A DNA stretch of 64,000 bases, from positions 4,960,001-5,024,000 of the forward strand of contig OZ116710.1 of NCBI GenBank assembly GCA_964199315.1, read 5' to 3'. Source of the stretch: Orbicella franksi. Lineage: Eukaryota. The notes beneath the pieces were generated by a model. It was not told the origin of the DNA. It was given only the letters and a program-made list of their open reading frames with translations, and made no database searches. The translations under genes and the position numbers were made by a program. Shown in pieces: positions 1-11,300 of the stretch; the first letter of the stretch is position 1, and the number at the start of each line of letters is the position of its first letter.

Positions 1-1193
1 ATTGGCTGGCTACTCACCTCTACTCAGTTGATCAGCATTGTTAATCCAAGCATTTTTCGTATTACGTGTAATTCTATTAAGTTATAAGTAAACACGGACC
101 ACTGAAAACTCCGTGGACCAGTTCGAAAAAGCGAAAACAGCGAAGAACGAATGAAAATACATCTCGAAGAAACGAAAATTGGCCTCGCGGATGAAGCTAT
201 GGCTATCGTATCAAGCGGGCAAAAAGATCGAGTCAACAGAAGAGAAAGGTTCTGTAAAATTTTGGGAACTTGACAGCGATAACAGCGATTTTTACAGTGA
301 CTCTTCTTTTGAGTCCAATACCGATGAATATGAATCGTCGGACTCATTGAGATCCATTGGAATATTATCCATGCACATTTGCTCCGCCGCGCTTACTTTT
401 GTTTGTTTTCTTCGCCCAGCCACTCTAGCGTTCGTATCCTTCTTCGTCTTCACCATTTTGCCAGACCAGCTTCAAGAAAAACCGAGCTACAGAAAAATCA
501 TCTCTCCGCCTTGGGTGTTTTGGATATTCGCGCGTAAATTTCATCGCGGGAAAAAACTTTCCAAACGCTGATTGGCGCAGTGATCTGAGAACCCAGTTGA
601 AGGCGTTTGTGGGCGGAGTTTGTTTGCGAAGCAAGAGATTTTTCTTAGTGCTGTTTTCTCGAATAAATTTTTTCGCTCGAAGCAGACACTTGAGTTACAA
701 GTCAAAGGGAATTTCTTCGATTGCCCTTAAATTTGGACAGTAGCTAGATTAATATATAGTAAACAAAGACGTGTCTGCGAATTGTTTATTTCTAAATATT
801 TTTTCTGCGAGAGCGATTTTTGTACGATCACTTCATATTTTTTAGATCCTATTTCGAAAATGTTCTGTAACTTTTTACTGCAATTGAATATGGCAAAACG
901 CAGACACGCTTTTTTAACGCTTTTTGTCCTTAAACCAGAAAAAAAATAAATTGGCGAAAAACAAAATTCGCTTTGACTTGTAGCTTCCAAAAGGTGATTA
1001 GGGCGCTCGCATTTAGTGGTCCTGAAAAAATCGGCAATTCATTTCATTGCAAAATTCTTGGTATAGTTTGATAGCCAGCTCTATAAGCTTTAATTTGATA
1101 CAGGGGTTTAGGTATCTACCGCTTAAACCGGACGCGCTACATCGCTTGGACGCGAGACACCCCTGAGGTATACGGTAACCTTAATATAAATCT

Positions 1194-1427
1194 CAGGGCC
1201 CCGTTTCTCGAAAGCCCCGGAAACTTTTCGGGCCCGTAAAGCCATTTTTAGTTCATATGTATCTACAAACGGAGTAGTGTATACGCCTGAAACTTCTTGT
1301 ACGAAGGGAACCTCTGTTCATATTAAGAATATGGGAATAAAACAGCGCTGTAATCATAAGGTTCGAGATTTTGCTATGGCTTTCCGGGCCCGAAAAGTTT
1401 CCGGGGCTTTCGAGAAACGGGCCCCTG
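1194..1427. mobile_element. MITE with ~43-bp terminal inverted repeats
   Basis: CAGGGCCCCGTTTCTCGAAAGCCCCGGAAACTTTTCGGGCCCG pairs with CGGGCCCGAAAAGTTTCCGGGGCTTTCGAGAAACGGGCCCCTG, one mismatch. Confidence 0.85.
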
Positions 1428-2222
1428 GCCCGGACCGAATAAAGTCGTTGAGGGAAGGACCTAGCTAAACTACAAATTTCAAACACAGGGTTTCTTGACG
1501 TTGGATATCATTTTTAAAGTTGTGAAATTTGTATTCACTGTGGAACTCAGAAAACCGTGAATACCAGAAATATTCGAGGAATGTAATTGTGTAGCATGGA
1601 AAAACCAATTAAGCGCGAGAAAACTAAACCGCTAACACCAGGGCTGTTCCGGAAACGCGCAGTGCGGAGTGCGGAGTGTAAAAAAAAAAATAATAATAAT
1701 ACAAAGATTACAAAAAAATTAATAGAAAAATTAGAAATGATATAAAATTTAAAAGTGAATTGAGAGAATAACTAAATACATAAATCAACTAAGAATAGAA
1801 GTTTAAGAAATAATATGATAAAAACTCACACCGTCTGAAGTGGACCGTTCATATCGCGGTCATTTCATTTAGTCAAAATTGTATATTCAACTCACGAGCT
1901 CACGTTTAAGTTCATTTGCGTTCCAGGATCATTTGCGAGCCTGTGCAGAGATCATGACAAACGTGTCTGGAAAAGGGTAAAGTGAAACGCCATTTAGATA
2001 AAAAGAAAAAAAAAAACGTGGAAAAAAATTACAAAGCATTTTGAAGCTTCTCTTTTAAGCACGTGCTCCGCATGACAATACACTATTTGGGCCAATCATC
2101 TCTGATTGCTTGATTTGACAGGCATGCGCCTATAACTGGTTTAGGCGCCGCCTTATTTCCCTTACAAGTCATCCCGTCTGGGTTTTTGAAAACGGCAACC
2201 TTACAAATACCAGCGGAACAAA

Positions 2223-3371
2223 ATGGAGGAATCTTCTCTCGAGAAGCGGATGAATATAAGCTTAAGAAGGGAACGCAAACCTTCTTGTACCCTCTGTAAA
2301 AATCACGGAATGCGATCGAATCTCAAAGGACACAAACGGCACTGTCCTTTCTCGAACTGTGACTGCGAACCATGTGTCAAGGGAAGGCAAAGAAGAGTTG
2401 TGATGAGAGAGCAAGTTCGTCTTCGGAGAAAACAGATGAAAGATATCGAAAGTCGCTCTAACAGTGTTGCACCCGTCGAACCATTTCAAGGTAAGAAAGA
2501 AAAAGGGAAGCTGAAATGTAAGCTCAATGTTTGTTGTTTTTCGCCGCAAATGAATTCTTCTATTTGAAGTTCTTTTAGCTTGGGCTCGTAAAACATCCAG
2601 GTGAACTGTCTAGCTCAGTTTTGCAAAGTTTATGCTCAATATGTTTGTTTACATTTTAAAGGGATAGTTTGGTTTTCTCAGAAGTTGAAAAATGTTTACG
2701 CAGTTTTGGTAAACTTGTTTCAAGTTGTAAGTCTTTACTTGAAGTTTGCGTAAACATGAAAACGTTTCTTGTTAAACTTCGTAATTGTTTAATGCTTTGG
2801 GGAATCGTTCTAATGACTACTTTCTTAAATTTAATGGTTTTCCTTGCACTGCAGCATACTTCACTTACCTTACTGTTTTGATCAAATTGCAGTGAATTTT
2901 TCCCTCGCCGCGGTGAAAACTGAATTAAGCTTACCTCCCACCAACGAACACAGAAGCTTCGGGGACGAAAAAGAATTAGCCATCATGAAACACTGCGGAA
3001 GAAACGAAGGCTTGACCCACAGCGTGTCCAACATTTTGCATTCACAGTTCAGCGTTCCTAGGCAGCAGTCCTTCAACTGTAGCGCTTATATGCCAACTCC
3101 TTTCCAGCTTCGGTGGAATACTAGAGATGTATTCTCGGGCTTTCCTTCTTACAACAACTGGCGACCTGAACAACCCGTTTCTTCCTGCCCGATCGAGCCG
3201 CCAACCAGCTCTGGTTTCACGGTGTCCGATAACAGCGCTTTTGTGAAGTACTGTGGCTATTCTCCAAGGACGGAGAGCAACTCTTGTAGATTTGGTCATT
3301 CTTCATCCGCAGAGGCTGCTTCGCTACTGGCATCGTTTGGAGGTTCAGAACAGGGGACACCAAAACAATGA
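2223..3371 (+). CDS. DMRT: Doublesex/mab-3 related transcription factor (divergent DM domain), 2 exons, ~248 aa
   Basis: Exon 1 2223-2490 encodes RKPSCTLCKNHGMRSNLKGHKRHCPFSNCDCEPCVKGRQRRVVMREQVRLRRKQ, with the DM-domain Cys/His pattern. Phase-1 donor G|GTAAGA at 2491. Acceptor TTGCAG| at 2892. Exon 2 2893-3371 continues in frame to TGA. 268+479 nt = 249 codons. Confidence 0.92.
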
Positions 3372-4779
3372 AATAACTTATTGAAGTACTTTCCGACGGT
3401 ATCTTGCATTTTTCCCTTAATACTCCTTTAAGTTCGTGGTTAGGTTGTGTTAACGTTTTATAGAGTATACAGAAGAACGTTTGCACGAGGAATGAAAGTC
3501 TTTCATTACCTTACATTAAATTTTCATTTGTACTAGAACACTTCTACTTGTTTCCTCAATGTTTCCGTAAATAGATTTGTGTGAACATGTTTAGTACTTT
3601 TAACCAAACATACAACCCTATTGTTTAAGGTTGCTCAGCTAAGAGGTTCACCATGGTCACTTTTCCACAATGCTATGAAACAATAATTTGTTTCCCACGC
3701 TGGTTAAAATCTTCAGTAATGAGCTATCTAATAAACTTTTGAGTCAATTTGTGTGAAAAAGATTTTGCTTGTGGCTAGATCACGTTCGTTTGATAAAGCA
3801 GTCCTTATGTCTACTTGTGAAGCCGCTGTCAGACTTCCAGCTTGTCAAATCTCGATTGAAACGATGCTGGCTTGACAGAATGGCGCCTGCTTTCTACAGC
3901 AATTGTTTATGACCGCTTATACAGGGTTGCCACTGGTCAGAAAAAGTTTATTTTAAAGGGAAAAACTGAAATAATTTGACACGCCTGGTTTAATACCATT
4001 GAAGGCTGGAAGAAACATTTGGAGTCACTGTGATCTCAACGATATTTTTCCTTAATGAAGAAGACAAATTTATTTAAAACTTATCAGTCTCATGAACGAG
4101 TAGAAAGGAAAGCTGTAAGTTCATGCTAGAAGCCGCTACTAGATCTCAAATTTTGCACACATTTTGGTCCGAGAAATGCTATTTTTTATAAGGGATAAGT
4201 CGGGGAATTTTGAAAGGTGATGTTTGTGCAACAATGTTTTGAGATTTCAGGTAAAAATGTCACCATCAGAGAAAAGAGCAAAGAAATATATAGAGTTTCC
4301 CGTGTGTATATAAACAGAGGAATATACAACTAGGCTCTTGTGAAACCAGCATTTTATGTCTAACTCAATAAGACTAATCAGCCATCAATTTCTCTTTACA
4401 ACATCCATAGGCTATGCAGACAAATAAACATCAATCACTTCAACGAAAATTTTAAAGACTTGTAACTGAACAGTTCTGTCGGTAAAGATAATCGTGGATT
4501 AGTTTTTGTTTAGTAAGAGCTTTATTTTAATTCTGATAACACGGCGAGTCTGTGCTCCTTGGTTTTCTTAGGTCTTAAGTGAAAACAGTCCGAGTGTAGT
4601 TTGCCAAAAAGTAAAAGTAAAACAGAAGAAACAAAACAAAGCAAAACAACCTAAATAAACAATCATCGGGCGTTAATTGGGAGCAGGGCAGAGATAACAA
4701 ATTCAGCCCAATAAATGACTAAACAGTGCGTGTCTCACTGTTGGCAGGCGAGCGCGTAACCAGCTGCGTGACTTCTCGC

Positions 4780-5070
4780 TAAGGACGGACCATTATTTAA
4801 TGAGGTGGGGGGTGGAGTAATTTTCTGGGACATGAAATTTTTTTCTCACCGTTAGGTTGGTTGTGCATGATTTTTTCTCGTGGGGAGCAGCTTGTGCAAG
4901 AATTTTTTCCCACAGGACCCGGATAGTAGAAAGCACTTGCTCGATATTTTTTTTTCTCCAATGGCTCCCCAAGGCACGATTTTTTACATCCGTTTTTGTT
5001 GTGCAGAATTGTCTTTTTGAAATTGCCCAACCCTCCCTTGAGGGGAGAACCGTCCCTGGTCCGTCCCTAA
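4780..5070. mobile_element. MITE (TAAGGACGGACC...GGTCCGTCCCTA termini)
   Basis: Short terminal inverted repeats. Related sequences occur at about 7436-7755 and 60890-61085. Confidence 0.55.
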
Positions 5071-5330
5071 ATTCCCAAGTATTCGCTCCCCACCCGTTCC
5101 CTGACCCGGAATTAATGAGCTCGCGGGTGGAAAAGGACGCCCATTTTCCTCGCGGTTCCTCTTTACACGCAAATGACTATAATTTTTTGTTTTTTTAGCC
5201 TGCATTAAGGGGACCCCAGAAGACTGTTTTGGGGACGCTTTTTCTACGTATCGCAAAACGACATGTTGGACCTTTTGATAAACTATGGTACTTGAAGAAA
5301 GCGTTAATTGCATCTCTCTAAAATTTGCAG

Positions 5331-8300
5331 GATTGGTCGCCGCAGTTCTTGGTTTATGGAGACATGGGCCGAATCGGTGGGGCGCCCAGTCTTAAACGGC
5401 TTATTTCTGAGGCCAGGTCCGGACATAACACGGCCGTGTTGCATGTTGGGGACTTTGCGTATGACCTGAATACCCAAGGGGGACTGGTAAGCAAAGCTAC
5501 TATGATCTCCCGTGATCATGAGTTTAACATGGACAGAAAAACACCAATTTGATCTAGCAAAATTACGTGAAACCACCGTAAAATACTCCTCGTTCTCTGG
5601 AGTTTATCCATATAACTTTTAATTACGGAAGTTCGTCTTTGATCCAGTATGTAACATCTTTTTAATGCGATATGTTGCGGTGATTATCTAACAGCGAGTT
5701 CCTAAAAGACGCAATGGACTCAAAGCAGATACGCGAAACCGTCGCAAAGCGCGGGAAAAGCAACCCGCCTGAAACCCGCGTGGTAAAATAATACAACACT
5801 CGCCTCCTGATTGGTCGAGAAATGAGCGTGTTTGTTCTGATTGGCAAAAACAGAGTTCAGTAAACGTAACACCAGATGAAACAATAACTGCAAATAAAAA
5901 TACCAGTAAGTAAAGGTAGAGCTAATTTCACGAGTTTGAGTACACACAAGTGCACGAGAGAAAGTCCTGTACCCAAGAACATCGGTTTGACGTTTTGGTA
6001 AGTAAATATACAGCGAAAAATATGATGGCTGAGTTTTGTTTCTAAGACGAAGAAAGGAACCCATTCAAGTGAAACTTTCACACTGAGGCCTATTTTATAT
6101 GACAGAAATTTGGCACAAAATTTATCCGTGCTGTGCTGAACCATTTTTTGGTACGCGTGACATTATTGGAACCGTACCCAAAATTTCCTGTCATGTAAAT
6201 GGGTCTTCAGAATGTTCGTGAATAACGTTTGCTATCTGAACATGCTGAGAACAATTCTGTCGTAGTTTTGGATTGTCTGGAAATTCAACTGGTCGTGAGT
6301 AAAAATGTTTCTGACTGCCTTCCTTACGATTTGTTTCGTTATCTCTAAAAGGCTTTAGTGTGATATCAAGATCCTTCTCCTTATAACGATCAGGCACTGT
6401 AATCTCAATACTTATGATGCGGTAAGAGAAAATTCACACTGGTCACCACTGACTGTTTGTTTCCCGTAGAATGGCGACGCGTTTATGAACAGGATTGAGC
6501 CCATTGCAGCACGGATTCCTTACATGACGTGTGTTGGAAATCACGGTAACAACGAAACTAACCAGTCAGACGTTAGAACGAAAACTGAGGAGGATGCTTT
6601 CCATTCGGCACAACATTCCGGTTTGAATTTCCGGAAATTACTATTGACTAATGGAACAGCATTTTTCGGAATTTATGGGAAAAGAGGATAACCTCGCGAA
6701 GCATATCCAAATTTTTAGGAAACTTTTGCCGAGAATTTCCGTTCCATTTGATTTTCGTCCCAGAATTTCCGGAATTTTCGGTTGAACGGTTCGCTTTTCG
6801 GAAAGTCAAACTTTACCGTGAAATTTCGGTACCATTTGTCCTCATTACATAATTTTCGGCATTTTTGGTTCAATGGAAAGCACCCTTGGTTTTCTGGTTG
6901 GATTTGTTTGCCTATTAATTAATTTATAAGCAATTCCAATGTAGTCAAACTCGGAGAAAGTTTTTTTTTTCAGCTTCTGTTGATGCACACGTTCGATTTT
7001 TGTTATTTGTGCAGCTTCACTCCAATCGCAATTATCAACAGAGTATCAATGTTCTTCCCTTCATCCTCTCTTGCTATTATCCTGAATATGGTTAAAGTTG
7101 GTTTTTGTGCTACATACCGTTTGAATGTTGAACCTGTTCGAGGTTCAAGTTGAGTAACATTACACAAGAACGCTAAAAGGGGAAAAAAAAACTTTCAAAC
7201 GATTTTCGAAGAGACGCTTTTTAAGGAAAACGAATGGCTGGTGCTCAAAGCACACTTACAAGATCTATTTTTGTCCTCGTTCTTGTTGCAGAAATTCCCT
7301 TCAACTTCAGTCATTACCGGTACAGATTTTCCATGCCGCAGCTTGAGTGGCCTATGGCATTAAATAGAATGTGGTACAGCTTTGACATCGCCAGAGTGCA
7401 CTTTATTGGGTTAGTTGTTACACAAGATTACCATTAAGGGTGGTACTTTAGCCTTTTTTTGCGGGTGGGGGGGGGGGGGGGATGGTGGGGTGATTTAGTA
7501 CAGCCACGAACTTTATTTTTTAACCCCTTCATGCACTAGGAAATATTTTTCTCGGGACGTGTATATGCATGAAATGTGTTCTTCATATAACATGCTTTTT
7601 TTTGTCTCGCAGAACGTGCGTGAATTGTTTTTGGCAGTAGTCGTGTGCATGAAGTTTGTTTGGTAAAAGTATGCCTGCAGGATAACTTTTTCAAAATCAC
7701 CCCCCCCCCCCCCCACCACCACCACCTCCTGGAGAGTCAAATGGTCCACCGCTTACACCGTGTAATTACAATCTGAGCTGATATTTGTTAGAAGGGGAGA
7801 AAGAGAAGTTGTGTCTAGAATTGGGCTGTATGTAAACAACTGCTGTACACCTAAATAGGACATAATTTGTTCAAAATCTCAGCTGGAAGAGACAATCCAG
7901 TTAGCTACTTAGATCTGGATTGTTGATTTAGTGGAGTTTTGGTCTGGTACAGGAATTTAGCTTGGTACACGAACCATCACTGCAACAAATACCTCTTACC
8001 GACAGAGTTCGAGGTCCGCACTGTTAGTTACAAGTGTGAGGCGCTGTGGCCTCATGGTTAGTGCGCTCGTCTCCGGATCGAGCGTTCCGGGTTCGAGCCC
8101 TGGCCGGGGACATTGTGTTGTGTTCTTGGGCAAGACACTTTACTCTCACAGTGCCTCTCTCCACCTAGGTATATGAATGGGTACCGGCGAACTTAATGCT
8201 GGGGGTAACCCTACGATGGACTAGCATCCCATCCAGGGGGGAGTAGAAATACTCGTAGTCGCTTCACGCTACGGAAACCGGGATAAGCTCCGGCCTGGTG

Positions 8301-11300
8301 GGCCACTTGGCTCATATGCAGACTTTACGTTTTACTGTAAGTTACAGACCGAGTTTTTCCCCATCGATTTATGGCCCAAGCGCGAAGCGCGAGGGACATA
8401 AATCGAAGAGGAAAAACGAGGATCCGTAACTTACCGAACGGACCGAGAAAATGAGGTTAGTAAGATATTTATTATATCTCTACAGTGTGTCTGACGGGTT
8501 CGGAAACGATTTCTATTCACGCGGAACGGCTTCAAATTTCTGACGCACCTCGAAAGCTAAACGAGTCAATTTGAAATCGTTGTTTAAGTGCGTGTTAAGT
8601 CGTTAGTAGGTTTTAATAAACAATTCCAAAAGTAAAAGAAAGTTTTAGAGTTTTACTTGCTAAAAACGCTAAGAACACTTGGCGACAAATCACGAAAGCA
8701 CTGAACCCAGGGCCTCGTGAGTTGAAGGCTGATTTACCCCTAACGATTTGCAGTGGCCAGTTAGTATCAAGTATCAGGCGATTTAATAACGAACGAAATC
8801 GCAAGTAATCGTATCTATAACGAAATTCTCGATAGTGATTGGTTCTCCGCGCGCCTATTTGCCACGTAATCGGCGCGCGATCACGTGGGTGTCCAATTAC
8901 AGGTATCCAATTTTAATTGGACAGCTGTCATTGGATCCCACGTGATTCGCATGTCAATTGTGCGAGCTTTAATGGCTTTCTTCAAAGCTTATGAAACGCG
9001 CTACATACGTTTTCGCTCAAAAGAAGTTTTCAAAAGACATTTTTAATTCCAAAATTTGTTATAGACAGAATTAATTAGGAATTGGACCTCGTGTCGTACA
9101 ATTCAGGTAGTAATCGTGCTTGTGATTTCGAATCGGCCTCGCGCTTCGCGCTCGTCCGATGTTAAAATTACTCGCACGATTACTTCCTGAAATGTACTTC
9201 ACTTGGTCCAATTACTATTACTAATTGTTAATTACCAGTAATCGAAAGAGTTTCACTATCCATCTTTGCTGCTTTTCACATCATAACAGCTACTCTTCCG
9301 AAGTATACTTCACTAAAGGTCCGATCCAGGATCAGCTGGAATGGCTAACAAACGACCTCAAGGAGGCGAACAAGCCCGAGAACCGAGCCAAGCGACCATG
9401 GATCGTTGCGTTTGGTCACAGACCCATGTACTGCTCGAACATTGACAAAGATGATTGCACAACGCTCAAGTCTGTGGTCAGACACAGGTGAGGTGTTCAG
9501 TTACTTCTCTTGACGGAAGTGAATCCCTCTGCTAAAATGTTGTAAGCATAATTAAAACTTTTAACTTGCCGGAAGAGTTTGCCTTGAAGCGCTTTCTCCC
9601 AGTTTGAAGTTGCGCTAATTTTTCCATCGCCTCGTCTTCTAGTCCTACCTAACAGGCAACATGAAGTGCGCAATCAGTTGTCAAAGATCGTAAACTGTAG
9701 ATAGTCGAAGGTAGACGGGAGTCGAAGGTGTTAGGTCGGTTTTCGTGTGATGGCTGAAAGACCAAAACCAAAGCGACTACGACGCCGGCCAATCACAAGA
9801 ACTGAACACAAACGACATAATGAACCAATAAGAATACGAAGCAAATACATATAATCACCTCTAAGAGAGGGAAAACTTGTGTGACCAAGTCGCGTTTGAC
9901 TTTCACGGTTTGCTTCTAGTCGAGTAGCTTATGGGAAGTTGTAACGGAATACCTTTGTTACGCAAATCCCCTTATTATTTATATAGATAGCTGAGTGTCC
10001 ACCATGTGTGCACATCATGTAACCAGACTGAGAGACAAGCCCAATAAAGCATGAAACATAGGCAAGGGCGGGAAAACATGTTAAGGGAGGCAAGTAACGG
10101 GTGGCAAGAGCGGGAGAAAAATTTAAGGGGATTCCAGGACAGGAAAAACCATGTGACGGTCGAAAATCGCGGGAAAACATGGCCGGCCAGGAGACAAGGC
10201 TAGGACGCTAAATAAACATATATAATGGGAAACAAGCGCGAGAAAACATGTAATGGGAGGCCAGGACAGGAGAGAGGAGAAGGGGAGAAGCTTGTTTCTA
10301 GAGAAAATCGCGGGAAAGACGTAAAATAAGCATGTATCGAGACGTCAGCGCGGGAAAACGTCCAACGAAACGCAAGTGCGGAGGGGTGTGACCAAACTAC
10401 TCTGTTCTGTCTTCGCATTTTATTGGCTCGAAATCTTTTTTCTTATAGCCTGAAAACGTTGAACTAGTTGTTGAACTAATTGTTAAGCTGTACTGCAGTT
10501 GCGTTTAGCTAAATTGAACAGGTCATCGGTAATTTTGACTAGCCTTTCTGTTTTTGTCATCTCCAGCCTCGAACCGTTGTTTTTCCAGTACGGTGTGGAT
10601 TTGATCATTGAAGCGCATGAGCACTCGTATGAGCGCCTTTGGCCAGTCTTCAACGATACAGTGACGGCTCACAACTACACCAATCCCAAGGCTCCAGTCC
10701 ACCTGATATCCGGCGCGGCTGGCTGTAACGAGTTTTATGGAATATGTGTGAATCCAATGTTGGGACCAAGAGGTAGGCAATTTCGTTATAATGCAGCGGT
10801 TACACAAGGGAGTGTTCTTAGCTTACGACAGTTAAAAACACACCTAATTGGGTGGGGGGTGTGCTGCCGTAACGCTGGAACCGTACCCTATACTAGACCG
10901 CGATCAGTTTGATTTTGTAACCCTATTCTAGACAAGACACAAAACCCCATACACTATCCCAGACTAGGTTGTATGTCACACAGCCAAGAATGTCAATAGC
11001 AGCTACTGCAACTGAATGTAGAGTTGTTCATTTGGTGTAGCATATTGATAATCATCCAAGCAGCTCAGCAGAAAGATTTAAAATAGCTCTGATTTGCCTG
11101 GACACAGTCATGTTAAATTAACTACAGATATGTAAATAATAGTCTCCATTTGGCGCGAAAATATGCTCGGATATTTGTCCGCGGACATTATCTGTTCCTT
11201 AAAGCTCACAGTTTTCGAGAGCGTACATCTTGTTTATTATCCTTCAAAAATTTTTCGAAACACGCGCAGTTTTGAAAATTGGGGAATATCACTCGGATAT

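Noticed and set aside
24-634. Overlapping ORFs 24-347, 179-571 and 425-634
   Set aside because: No recognisable domain or splice context. The region looks like the interior of a non-autonomous repeat, with a Ser/Asp-rich patch and GATTGG motifs.
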